The position numbers and the translations under genes were made by a program. The notes under the pieces are model-generated. The model was not told the origin of the DNA, made no database searches, and was given only the letters and a program-made list of their open reading frames with translations. This document shows positions 12,695-25,031 of a DNA stretch of 64,000 nucleotides, one piece after another. Each line of letters opens with the position of its first letter. Position 1 is the stretch's first letter. The DNA comes from Isurus oxyrinchus (Eukaryota), in assembly GCA_026770705.1 (NCBI GenBank), contig JANJGN010000015.1:32488001-32552000 (forward strand), given 5' to 3'.

Positions 12695-13641
12695 TCTTGT
12701 GATATGAGGTACATGTACCTTTAAGGAGGATCTTAAACTGTTGTCAGTCACTACCACCCTGACAGGATATGTGATGAATTAGTCCCATGTCTTGTACTCA
12801 GTCTACATGCAGCAGGAATAGGAGTCAGATGCATCTGAATCTTCTGGCCGGTGTGTGGGGGCGTGCCCCACTTGCCATCACGTAAAATAACGCACGGTAA
12901 CGTCGGGCATGCGTCCTGACATCACCGCGTGTCATTCAGATCCTCAGATCGGTGGGTGCACACTGGAGTCGGCTGTGCACCCACCAAACTGTCAAAGGCC
13001 TATTAAGGTTATTAATAATCTAATTAACCTGGTTGTCTGGGCTGCCCGTCCAACCCTAAGGTTGGCGGGCTGGCGTTTGGCCAAGCATTTGTCATGAAAC
13101 CTCATCCACGGGCAGGATGAGATTTCATTAAGTGATTATAAATTGAATAAATTTTTTTATTAAAATTCATTGACATGTCCCAGCTCAAGTGACACTGTCA
13201 CATGTGGGGACATGTCTGAATAATTTTTTTTTTCTTTATTTTAAACCTTCACAATCAAACTAATCTCCCTGAGGCAGCTCTGTGCCTCAGGGAGATTTCT
13301 GTGTTCTTTCACGCACATGTGCGAAAGAGCACAGGCCCTGACTCAGCCTCATCCCCTGCCCGCACAAGGAGCGTTCAGTGCTTCTGGGTGTGCACCATGT
13401 TGGGCAGGCCTTAATTGGCCCACCCACGTAAAATAGCCGCGCGCAGCCGAGCACAGGCAACAATTGGATGCGCACCCGCCTGTTCCTGCTCAGCCCCCCC
13501 AACGGGGAGAAAATTCTCCCCATAGTCTCCCAGTTATCTCTACTTTACATAGTCTTATCTTCAAATAAAGAACCCAAACTATTGTTTCCCCAATCCTTGT
13601 TGTGTGATTGGTACATTTACATTGAAGAGAAGAACGTTACA
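12695..13641 (+). repeat. 5' LTR, interrupted by a MITE
   Basis: TCTTGTGATATGAGGTACATGTACC...AATAAA...GTTACA aligns with 21134-21400 once the MITE is removed. Confidence 0.85.
12835..13520. mobile_element. Harbinger-type MITE, family A (about 690 bp)
   Basis: Right end GAAAATTCTCCC, left end clipped, CAT on both flanks. It is absent from the 3' LTR and homologous to copies at 32273, 34713, 54839 and 60580. Confidence 0.85.
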
Positions 13642-14949
13642 TGGTGGCAGTATGATTTTTGAAAATTTGACTGAGAACTATACAAGCCTCAACCCTTCAC
13701 ATGCAGCAGAAGAAAAGAACTGATGTGAAAATGAAACAGGTATCAAGCTTCACTGTGTGTAAGTGATTCTGCAGCTCTGCATGAATCCTACACCCGATAT
13801 CTTCATTCTGGGATATTGTTGCACCTCACAGCCAGTAGACACAAGATCCTGGTAAGATGGTTCGAAGTTAATTAGTATAAGTCTACGAGTTGCAAAGTTT
13901 AAGCAGGAACAGAAATTAAATAGCTGACTCTAGGAAGTCTCACTTTAAGCAGAACTCAGAAATGGGAGAGACTCTGTTGCAGCTACTTACTGCCCCTACA
14001 GGAGGACCGGGGAAGTTAAATGCTAAAGACTGGGCTGGGAAAACAAATCCATCCAGTAGCAGCTCCCAACAGCCAGAAGAAGCTATAAAAAAAGCTTTTT
14101 TCACAGTTTAATTGTACTTCTGAAGCCTGTGGTTCACTTTCTTGTCTAAATCACTGCTTTGTGAGCAGAGCTTAGAGGTCACTGAGGAAAAGCCAAAGAG
14201 CTCAGCAGCACCACCATTGCAGTCAAACAGTTGCATATGACCAGCTAAGGCAGTGGCTACTGAGGGTACTTAACTCAGAACTAAATTAACTCTCGAAGAG
14301 CTATCAAAAGTTCGCAATAGCATTAAAATTCCTGCAAAAAGCTAAAAGATGACCACAAAGTTTCCAATACTTAATTGGAAGGAGCAGATCTCCTATCTGA
14401 GTCTACCAGTAAGCAATGTGGTCGGTGTGGCCTCATACATGGATCCAGAAATTGCCCAGCTTTTTCCAATGTGTGCAAGGCATCTGGAACCAGAGGACAT
14501 TGGAAGTGAAAATGCAGGAATCATCAGCTGGAAGAAGTGGTTCAACATCATAAGATGCCACACCCAAGAGCACATACCGAATAGCATCAAGACAAGATCC
14601 ACATGTCGAACCAAGCTATGCGGTCAAATGATGAGGATGACAAGCATATCAATACACAAAGTGAGCCGACATTCAATATGGTGAACATCAAAAATGTATT
14701 GGCGCAGTAGGACCAAGCCTTTGTCACTGTCCAAATTGTATGCCAACAGATGTACGTCCAGCATAACCTAAATGCAAAACTGGATGCTGGTGCAAGTACA
14801 AACTGAAATATATGTATCCATAGAAATGGCAAGTGATGGTTCAACCAATCAATGCCAAACTCATCACGTACCATGCTTGGAATTATTACACTCATGTCGC
14901 TACAACAATTCACCCTGGCCAGCCAGATATTTTATGTTTTGGACACCAT

Positions 14950-15066
14950 GGGCAGAATTTTATGGCCCAGTTTCAGCAGGGACAGGGCTGTGAAAAGCGG
15001 CGAGACATTCTAAACCCCATTGGCTTTGACAAGAAAGTAAAATCCCACTGCCGTAAAATTTCGCCC
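14950..15066. mobile_element. 117-bp Harbinger-type mini-MITE
   Basis: TIR GGGCAGAATTTTATGG / CCGTAAAATTTCGCCC with TSD CAT. Confidence 0.85.
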
Positions 15067-15222
15067 CATGTGTCCAGTGACCGCAGGCCTGCAAGGCAGG
15101 CAAGGACCTGTCCTTGGTCACCATCCATGATATTGTCAAGACAATGATGAGGACCTCAGACCACAAGGAGCACTATTGGAAACCCTATGCTTACACTGGG
15201 AGAAGACCAACTGTGTAATATA

Positions 15223-15674
15223 AAACAAAAACAGAATTACCTGGAAAAACTCAGCAGGTCTGGCAGCATCGGCGGAGAAGAAAAGAGTTGACATTTCGAG
15301 TCCTCATGACCCTTCGACAGAACTAGGTGAATCCAAGGAAGGGGTGAAATATAAGCTGGTTTAAGGTGTGTGTGTGGGGGTGTGGGGGGGGCGGCGGTGG
15401 GTTGGGTGGGGGGAGAGAAGTGGAGGGGGTAGCACACCACCCCCTCCACTTCTCTCCCCCCACCCAAACCACCCCCCCACCCCCACACACACACACCTTA
15501 AACTAGCTTATATTTCACCCCTTCCTTGGATTCACCTAGTTCTGTCGAAGGGTCATGAGGACTCGAAACGTCAACTCTTTTCTTCTCCGCCGATGCTGCC
15601 AGACCTGCTGAGTTTTTCCAGGTACTTCTGTTTTTGTTTTGGATTTCCAGCATCCGCAGATTTTTTATTTTTAT
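15223..15674. mobile_element. Penelope-like insertion made of two inverted terminal repeats
   Basis: Arms 15223-15430 and 15439-15640 are near-perfect reverse complements. A 14-bp TSD AACTGTGTAATATA sits at 15209-15222 and 15675-15688. Confidence 0.8.
15538..15576 (+). ncRNA. Minimal type I hammerhead ribozyme-like motif with a variant core; a second copy lies on the - strand at 15286-15324
   Basis: AGTT-CTGTCGA-A-GGGTC-ATGAG-GACTC-GAAAC-GTC-AACT gives stem I, stem II, a palindromic ACGT stem III and a GUC cleavage triplet. The core is CUGUCGA instead of CUGANGA. Confidence 0.6.
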
Positions 15675-17335
15675 AACTGTGTAATATAGGTCATTAGCCA
15701 ACAGGTTGTATGGCAAAATGTGAAATGAATATGTATACCCATTACGAATGTGCGAATTTCATCGTACTGCAGAACCAATGCAGAATTACGAATTGGCAGT
15801 CAACACTGCCCAGTCGCCATTTGTCGGAAACCCCAGGAGTACAAGGTGCATTACTCGAAAAACAGGGGAATGTGAGAGACGCCCATGACCGGCACGCAAG
15901 TAATGAGCTACTCAACCTGAACGTCAGACAGAAACTGATGGTACACAGGATCCAGCAGAAATCATCAGCATATACGAAACCAAGGTCGTATCAAATACAA
16001 ACATCAAATGGCATGACAGTGCGACGAAACAGATGCCAAATCAGAGTTAATACCACAGCCAGAAACACCAAGCAGGTCTGAGTTGCAACACAAACAAAAC
16101 ACCCCTAACCAGCATTTTAAAAATGTACAGCAAAGATCGCTGTAACTAAATCTGGATAGATAAGCAAATGGCTGATATGTTTCAGAGGTTTGTAAATTTA
16201 TTGTATTGTATGATGGTTTATTCAGACACAATGGTGGAATTTTCCATGCCCGCTGGCATCGAGTGTGTTTGGTAGCAGGAGCAGGCAATATGGCGAGAAG
16301 GCTAAAAATCAGCTTCACGCCATCATGGAATCAGTATGCAATTGTCTGTTCAGCCCATCAGTGACGGGCTGCGTTTCCCGCCATTGAAATTCAGGGACCT
16401 GATTGTAATACATTTGCATGTCATCATAAGGCCAGCCCACTGGAATCACCCCCACCCCACCCCCCGCTGGATCGTCCACCAATGTGTTTCACAACAGCAT
16501 ATATAAGGCGTGCACTTGGCAGCCAGCACTTTGAGGGGAACTCAGGTTAGTGCACAGTAATGTTGCACGGTGCTCATGAGTGTCGCCTGTTGGACTCCAA
16601 GGTTGAGGCAACTTGGGGTGGGGGACAAGGGCTGTCCTGTGGTTGAGGGTAGTTCACAAGCATGTGCAAGGTCAGAGGGTGGGGGGGGTGACGGCAGGGG
16701 GAAGCGGCCACACATTAGGGAAACCTTATATGAAGTGACCATTCATCTGCAGCTGAGACAGTTAAGGCACAGCCACACTGACGTGTGGAGTTGGGTCTCT
16801 AGCTTATCTACTCACTCAAGCAATGCAGAGGTCTGAAAGTACCACCAACTGCTGCAGATCTTATCACCCCTCGTGCACAGACTGCAAATGAATGAGTGTT
16901 TTAGTGGGCTGCAGAACAGTCGGATGACTGGGCAAGTTGTCCAATCTCCTCGCTAAAGCTGGCCATGGAACAGTCACTGGTGGAGGTGCTCACAGCCCCT
17001 TGTGATGTCATCATCCTGATTTGGACCAGTCTCTCCCATGGTTCAAGCTAACAGTGCAGCCTTGCAGCGCAGGTTAGGAGAATGCCTGCGCCTGAGATCA
17101 CAGCATGCAGTGCAATGGGTAAGGCTGCTGCCAATCAGTCAGGTGGGGTGGGGCGGAGGTGGATGGGGTTTCAGACAGTCATGCAGTACACTAATCTCTG
17201 ATCATCCAAGTGGTGGCCAGCACTCTGCGGGGTGCATTCAGGAGCCTTCAGACTTAACCTGGAGACATTCTTAGAACACCCAAGATAACCCACGCGTCTT
17301 TCGCTTTCATTCTGCAGGAGGAGTACATCAGGAGC

Positions 17336-18594
17336 ATGGAACCTGGTGAACTAGCTGTATGCCTCTCGGCCTACAGAAATTGACGACGATGGAAAAGAGA
17401 GTGACAGAGGTGCCTGGCTGCACACAGGGAGGAGCACAACCCTCAAGAAGAAGGGGTGTCTGGGGCCACAGCGAGCCATCGCTCGTTGGTGCCAAGCTAG
17501 ACCCAGGGTGTCTAGATGCCACCTTTCATTCTTGCAGATGACCGAGAACCAGTGTTGTTGAAGACATGTCTAGGGAACTGATCGGTCACATCTGCCAGCT
17601 GCTGCAGGATTTGGTGCCACGGGGAAGGGTATCCACTGCCCATGACTGTGAAAGTGACCAGGGTGCTTAGTTTTTACACCAGTGGCTCCTTTCATGGCTC
17701 CACAGGAGACCTCAGTGGAATCTCACAAACCTCCACCCACAAATGCATCCATGAGATCAGGATGTCATCCTCGCAAGAGCACACAATTTTGTGCATTTCT
17801 CCTGGGACCAGGGCAGCCAGGAAGCAAGACCAATTGGATTTGCCCAGATCTTGGGTTTCCCAAAGACACAGGTTGTGATTGACCGCACTCAAATGGCGCT
17901 CAGACCACTATCGCAACACACGGTCAATTATATCAACCCCAAGGGCCTCCATTCGTTGGATGTGCAGCTGTTGTGAGACCACCACAAAGGCACCCTGTAG
18001 GTCAGCACACGGTTTCCAGGGAGTGTCTACGACTCCTACATTTTCGGTCAGTCACAGATCCCTGACATCTTGCAGGGTCCACAAAGGCTGCCAGATTGGC
18101 TTCTCGGGGGCAAGGGCTACCCACAGAGGACTGGCTGATGACACCTGTGCAGCAGCCTCAGATTGTAGCAGAGCGAAGTTATAATGAGGCTCATGCTGCG
18201 GCTCACAACTTGGTGGAGCAAACCATCAGGATGCTGAAAATGAGGTTCCAGTGCCATGGATCAGCCTGGTGGAGCCCTGCAACATAATCTACAGAGGGTG
18301 TCATGCATCATTGTCATCTGCTGCGCCCTTTACACCCTGGCGCTGCAAAAGTGAGAGGAGCTGGCTGAGGAGGAGTTGGAGGAGCTGGAGGTCTCCTCTG
18401 ATGAGGAGGACACCGACAGGGATGAGGGTGAGGAGGTCCCCAAAGGCATTGCTGACGTCAAAGAGGTCCTCACACCGGCCAGACGAGGCAGGTGCACTAG
18501 GAAGGCCCTCATAGCCGCTAGGTTTGTGGAGTGTGATGACGACATGCAGTGGGGAGACACCATAGATCCTCACATTGAAACTATGAACATCTGA
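17336..18594 (+). pseudogene. Harbinger DDE transposase pseudogene
   Basis: Motifs across frames: FYTSGSF, VIDRTQ, KGLHSLDVQ, PGSVYDS, WLLGGKGY, VEQTIRMLKMRFQC, then an acidic tail. Multiple stops and frameshifts. Confidence 0.85.
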
Positions 18595-19081
18595 TTCAGG
18601 TCTGGCTTATGGCAGAGCACATACCCTCTGTGAGAATGCTCCTGTCTTGGAGATGCATTGGAGGCCCTAATAGTCGCTCGATTGCAGGAGGATGATGACA
18701 ACCTGCAACAAGGACACTCCATAGATCTTCACATAGCCTCTGTGAATGTCTGACTCCTGTCTGTCCAAAGGCAGCTCGCTTGCGCTCAGTGATCAGGGTC
18801 ATATCATGGAGATGAAGCCATGAAATTTCAAAAGCACCAGATCCTTTGTCCACCTTCAGCACCTGACCCCTTCAGGAGCACAACGTCATTGGTCACTGAT
18901 ACTGAAATGATGGGGCCAGCCTCCCCTTAAAGGTGCTGAAGGCTGCACAAAGCACAGGGAAGAGGCCCTGGACTGAGACACCTGCCTTTATCTTGTGCAG
19001 AAAGGTTTCACACCTGAGTGACATGAACACTGCTCATCAGAACAAGGAGCCATAGGCAAAGAGATATTCTTGGGCGTTTAT

Positions 19082-20810
19082 TTACAGTTTATTTACATTA
19101 TTTCTTAAGTGATTAACACCCATGCCCAGGCTGTGCAACGACATCTTCTTAACCTTCCTAACCCTGCTGCTACGTCTTGGTGCTCTCCAGACATCCATTG
19201 TGGAGATGGAGACAGCCTGCTGACTGCTACGCCCTGTCTGTGATGACTTTGTTGGGTGTTCTCTGGAGGGCCGAGACCTGGAGGGCCCCGGCCTGCATTT
19301 GGGATCCTGCTGTGTGGCAGCGGCACCCTCCTTGCCCTGTGGAGCTGGAACTGTTGAGGTCACAAGAAGAGAGAATTCAGATGGGCTGGACACCTCCTGA
19401 GTCACCTGGATGGATGGGCCCAGAGTGTACACCTGCTGATCCCCCTCCCTGTGGGTGCCTGAGGGCCCCTCGCTGACTCCTTGAGGAGAAGGGGCAGCTG
19501 GAGTGAGATTGAGCTGCCCCTCACCCCTCTCACAAACACACTGTTGGAGGCCAACTATGGCATCAGCGATGGAGTTCAGCCCGCGCAGCAGTGCAGGAGC
19601 AACTTCCTGGACTAAGGTCTCCATGGCAGCCACTATCCAACCAGTGTTGACCTTGGTGCATTGGCATGCTGGCACTATCCCCTCAGCCTGAATGCAAACA
19701 GACTTCACAATCATGCCTTGCAATCTGAGGAGTGCAGCAGACATCCCTTCCTGATGTTCTCAAGTTTGCCTTTGCAGCTCCAGCAACTGAGATGTGACCG
19801 AGTTCAGAGGTTCATAATTTGATTCGGACTCAGCACATTTCTGGCCTCCAGCAGTCCTCCGAGTGGCAGGCACCTGGGAAGTCCTTGCCGCCACCTGTAG
19901 TGGATCAGACAGTGCGGTGTACTCACCAGATTGTGCTCCTGAGTCTACTGTAAAGCTAGGTCCCACCAAGGTTGTGGCTCTGCACTAGTGGAGGCTTTGG
20001 GTGAGCGCTGTGATGGAACTTCAATGAAGGTGCCCTCAGAGGTTTTTTCAGGGCTTAATTGGAGGCTTTGGTTCATAGACTCCGTCGGCTGTTTCCCAAG
20101 TGTGCCTGCGAAAGGTAATCAATGCATGGCAGGGGATTATGGAACAGGACGCATCACTCACAGCATGGTTGTCTGATGGATGTTACTCTGCAGGATCCTC
20201 ACTTGGTAGAGCACCGGTGACCTCATCATCAGCACAGGACCGGTCCAGATCCTCACTGGCCAGCTGGATGGCTCTGTTTTCAAAGTCTGTGAGGACCTTG
20301 ATATCAGGCATTCCTCCACCAGTCTGCGACCTCTTCCTCTTGTTTTGTGCCAGCTTGTCCTGCATGAATAGAGATGGAGAGAGCATAAGCAGGATGCCTG
20401 CCAGGCCAGATGATAAATATGTCTGGCATGTGTTTGTTGGAGTGGTCTCATGGACAGGATAAGGACAATGAAGGTTTGTGGGAGTGAATGGTGATGTCCC
20501 TTGAACTGGCAGAGTGAGGTCCCTGTGGATGAGTTTGTGAGTGTGTGAGCTGAGAGTAATGAGAAGAGTGACTTACCTTGGTGGAACGAGGGAGATCATT
20601 CATCCTCATGCGGCACTGGGTGGCTGTTTTCTTTTGCAAGGTATTGGTGCTGACCCCAGCAGCCACCACCTCCCTTGCTGGATTTGTGCCCCTCCTGCGG
20701 CCAGAGCGGGGGTAAAAGATATCACGGCGGGCCTCCACAGTGTCCTGAAGGCGCTCGAGGAACACATCGCTAAACTGGAGGGCTGCAGTCTTTTTGCCTT
20801 TCAGGGCCAT
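19082..20810 (-). pseudogene. Spliced Myb/SANT-like Harbinger accessory gene; exons about 20810-20577, 20359-20162 and 20105-19082
   Basis: MALKGKK...FSDVFLERLQDTVEARRDI...TATQCRMRMNDLPRSTK, then gtaagt...cag, then DKLAQNKRKRSQTGGG. GT-AG junctions are canonical; stops are present. Confidence 0.8.
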
Positions 20811-21133
20811 CCTATCTTCTGTGCAGCAGTCCTGGGTTGGAAGCACTTAGAGGTGTGCACGCAGCTCAGTTTAAATATGGTGCCTGGCATGTTGATGTAG
20901 CGAGATGATGCCGTGGCGGGCAAATGAGTGCCCACCCGCCATCGAAACGGCGTGTTTCCCAGGAATACATAATTAATGCGGTAGGTTTGTGAACGATACG
21001 GTGTGAGAAGTCGCCATTGTGGCCAGGGGGTAAAACATCGTTTTCCTCATTCACTACCACACTTCGTGCAAACCTGGGATGATTCTGTCCAATGATTCTT
21101 TAAAGGTAAGCCACAGGTTAGAAAAAGGGGGGA

Positions 21134-21400
21134 TGTTGTGATAAGAGGTACATGTACCTTTAATGAGGCATAATTTAAACTGTTGTCAATCACTATCACC
21201 TCAATTGGATGTAATGTATTAGTCCCATGACTTGTACTCAGTCTACAAGCAGCAGGAGTAGCAGTCAGATGTATTACATATGCTCTCCCAGTTAACCCTA
21301 TTTGTATATAGTCTTATCTTCAAATAAAGAACCCATATTATTATTTCACCAGTCCTTGTCATGTGATTGGTACGTTCACATCAAAGAAAAAAACATAACA
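21134..21400 (+). repeat. 3' LTR (267 bp)
   Basis: TG...CA termini, internal AATAAA, preceded by a polypurine tract. Confidence 0.9.
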
Positions 21401-24400
21401 CCCTCCCAGTGAGTGGTCCTTAACCACATGACCTCCCGTCTCCTTCTTAAATGCAATGCACCTATTGCCTCCCAGTCCAAACTTTCGCTCAATCCTATGC
21501 AGTTTCAACCTCCTCGAAATTCATCCAAGCCTCACCAAAAACATGTATACTGGAATTTTTGCAAGTTCTCCCAATTTCCCACCCTAACTTAGGTAGAAAC
21601 TGTACCGAAAAGGGGTAAGCAACTGTTTGAGCACTATCTCGAGAGGTCATCTTCAATGTTTACACTAATCCACCACCACAGGAGATTGGAAGAACCCTTA
21701 TGGAAACTCTACCCCATGATCTTCAAGGTGCAGAATGCAGGCAGAGCCCTGGACTGGAGGAATGTCTTACTCAATAATATAATTGAACTCTTTCCTTAGC
21801 AATCAGACATCAAATCTGTCTATAAATGTCAAAAAGGTAGCACTAGGAGCAGAGGTCTGTAGTGCACTAAGACACACTAAAACCTCAAATGGTGTGCCTT
21901 CATGAGGGAAACATGAAAATACGCTTCACCTCTCACTGCTAAACCATTTATATTTTATTAGTGAGCAATACTAAAGGAGATCACGTAATTAAAAGGCTTA
22001 TCCTGCTGGTATCTGTTTGCTGTGCCTGGAGTGCATGAAGCAGCATGTTGATTATTTCAAATTTAATATTCACTTAAAAGCGGCCAATTTAACATCACAT
22101 AGATACTTCTTTTATTATGTCTCAAAAATAAAATCTAATTCTTAAGGCAAGGAGGCAGTGATAAAAGAAATGTTGAAATCTTGTCAGTGGCACCGTTGCT
22201 TAGCTCATCCACCTGCCCCTATATGCCCCTAACAATTAAACATAAAGAAAAGAAACCAATCGTTCTTTAAAATAAACCTTAAAATTTAATTGGCCAGATT
22301 TTGCTGTCAAAATGATGGTTCAGCTAATGGTGCTCACTATTATTTATGAAGAAATGGTTCAGCAACATCAGGTGAGAGGCAGAAGCACAGTTAAACTCAA
22401 ATATCCAAAGAATGCTTAGCCTTTTCAGTACAGTTCCTACCTAAATCCTGCTGCACTGTGAGTGAAAGACAAACAGAAAGATAGAAAGAGGGGAATAAAA
22501 AGAAGTGAAAAGAACGAGCGAGATAGTTACAAAGAGGAACAGTTTTAAAAACATTACATCCAAGGGACATAAATTTGTATTTAATATGCTTCTCCTCAAG
22601 CGGACATTATGCCAGCATCTCAACTACTTTGTTTGACTTCAATATAAAATGTGAGATAATTCTCTTTGGTGAGTGGGAGAAAGAGGAAGAGAGTATGATC
22701 AACTGATTGGAAATAATTCCTGCTTTTCCAGCGGACCCTGAACACGTTTATCTTAAACATTTCCTTAACAGGCCACTTCACAAATTAAACCATAATCAAA
22801 ACACTTTGGTTTATCTCTAATAATTTATGGCCTTTTATAACCAGTTTACTTCAAATTTTTAAGTAAATGATCCACATACACAGTTTCACAATGTCAGCAA
22901 TTTCACAGGAATGAAAATGAAATTGGAAGGATTTTTTCTTTCCTTTTGCTACTCTTTGTACTTCCTTTTTTATTTTGCTAACAATTAATGTGGGAAGAGC
23001 AGCAATGGTTTATCCTTGATTCACAACCTCTGACAGAGTGGCTTGGCAGCTACTGTGAAGTACCATCAACAGATGAGGGGATGCAGGCAAATGTAATGAA
23101 TCTTAAACCAATCACCATAAAACATCAAAGAACATAACCTTTAACATCACAATAGATAATCACAACTCAATTTGTTACATAAAAACTATTAAGAATTGCC
23201 AAAGGAAGCGGAAGAAACTCAGATTTGATCTAATCACTTTTCAGCTTGTTCCTCTCTCTTTAGAAATCTTTCTCTCTTATTCTGGCTGCTGCACCTCTCA
23301 TTCTGTCCCACCTACCGCTTGGGGGTACACTTTCAACTTGCCATCCAGGTGATCAACTGGCATTGCAGAGCAGTACTCAGTATAGAAATCAACTAAATTC
23401 TAGACTCAGAAGCCAGGAGGAGAGTGCTGAGGCCTAAAGACAAGGGGTAAATTTTCAACTTGGGGTGTAAAATTAATGTTGCAGATTGGCTGTCTGTTAT
23501 AGAAACCACCTGATTTTCATTCTGACTAATGCCAATGGAAATAAACCTGAACTACCTACTTCTCTTCCCAGATTTTATTACTGCGCTCCTGGCTTTTGTC
23601 CTGCATTTTATCAATTGTGTTTTTGTACACTTGTGCCCGTTCATCAAATTTGTATGTAAATTCAACTGTCAATGTAACCTAAGTCCAGCTACTCCACAAC
23701 ACATTTCTAAGAACAATATCTGGAATATAACTGCATCCAAATATGAATATAAAACTATTTCATCTTTCTAACAATTGAACATTGTGAACAACTAAGCAAG
23801 AAATGACTCTGTTTTGAAGGGGGAAGTAAAAACTGTTTCAATTAACCTGTATTTAATCATTTCTGATGTTTAGTCGACGAGCCAATTTCACCAAAAGAAT
23901 TAAAACAAGTTTAACAACTGAATGTTTAAAATTTATTGGAAATGACTTAAATTACATTGAGTTTATTGGTGCTTTTATAATCTAGATTACATCACGTACC
24001 TAAAGTTATTAGCTAGGACATATTAGAAAACTTAAAAAAATTTTTATTTGGAAGTATTTTCAAGTTCTGACGGCTAAACAACAGTCTTTTTGTTGGTGGC
24101 CTTCATACTCCTGATAAAGTGCATAAAGCAAGCAGGTTTTAAACAGAACAAACTCTTCCTAGCAATTTGGCTTTGATAGTAAAAAGAAACATCCACCTTG
24201 AAACTTCATAATATAAATAACATGACTAAAAATGAATTTTTACTAGAAATGAAGTATTGGTGGAAGGTTCCATGTATTCAGTTAACATTAATCAAGGTCT
24301 AGATTTTACTTTAAAAAGTATGCTGTTTAAATTATAACCAAAGCCTTTGCCAAATACGCCATATGTTCAGCTGTGCTAAAAGGAAGTCAAGCTTCTTCGC

Positions 24401-25031
24401 ATCTCATTCTTTTCAACCAGCAGTACATTCCTTCCGGCAGTACATCCTGTTTAGAACTGCTGTGAACAGCTTGGAGTCAAGAGTTGTGTTGCATAACTTC
24501 CCACAGAATATACTTTATATTTGTCCATATAACAGTGTATTGTTTAATTAAGCTAATGGTTATTGATTACAATCGCCAGATTTTTCAATGTGATGTTCCC
24601 TGATCCTCATGAGGATGAGGATAACTCATGAAGGTCAATGTTCACATACAGGTGCAGCTTTTAAATTGTTAAACAATGGTGAAAATCTCAGCAGAATTTA
24701 TTAATTTCTTGGGTCAGCCTTTTATATAATATCATAATCAATGGTTGGGGATGAGAGTTGGAGCAATAAATTGCATAAAGGGAGTTGAACAACTAATGGG
24801 AAATGTCTGTCTAGCTGGTCGGAAATTCATACTGTCTTTGCAAAGCTCAAAGGGTAGTTTCAATGTATTGGCAAACCTTGCCAAAGATGAAGGGTAAAAG
24901 GGCTAAGGTGTTTCTGTCAAAATGAAGGAATAGGAGATCCAATATATGCAGGCATCAGTCTTCAGGCAAGTGACAGAACAGTCTAGATCCTTGATTGAGG
25001 ACTGCTGAAGTGGAGGAGATAGCTGAAATGC

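Larger units (their letters stand above)
16233..21090 (+). mobile_element. Full-length decayed PIF/Harbinger transposon (about 4.9 kb) with convergent transposase and Myb-like genes
   Basis: Ends GGTGGAATTTTCC / GGATGATTCTGTCC with AAT on both flanks; the left end is uncertain by 1 nt. Both gene remnants are present. Confidence 0.85.
12695..21400 (+). mobile_element. Non-autonomous Gypsy (Mag-like) LTR retrotransposon with four nested insertions
   Basis: Two homologous LTRs. PBS TGGTGGCAG at 13642, complementary to a tRNA-Leu 3' end. Polypurine tract AGAAAAAGGGGGGA before 21134. Protease motif KLDAGAS near 14780 and integrase-tail motif PRSYQIQTSNGMTVRRNR near 15980-16035. Confidence 0.85.

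Noticed and set aside
17336-20810. Domesticated host genes HARBI1 or NAIF1
   Set aside because: The ORFs have stops and frameshifts, are bounded by TIRs and TSDs, and have several relatives in the window.
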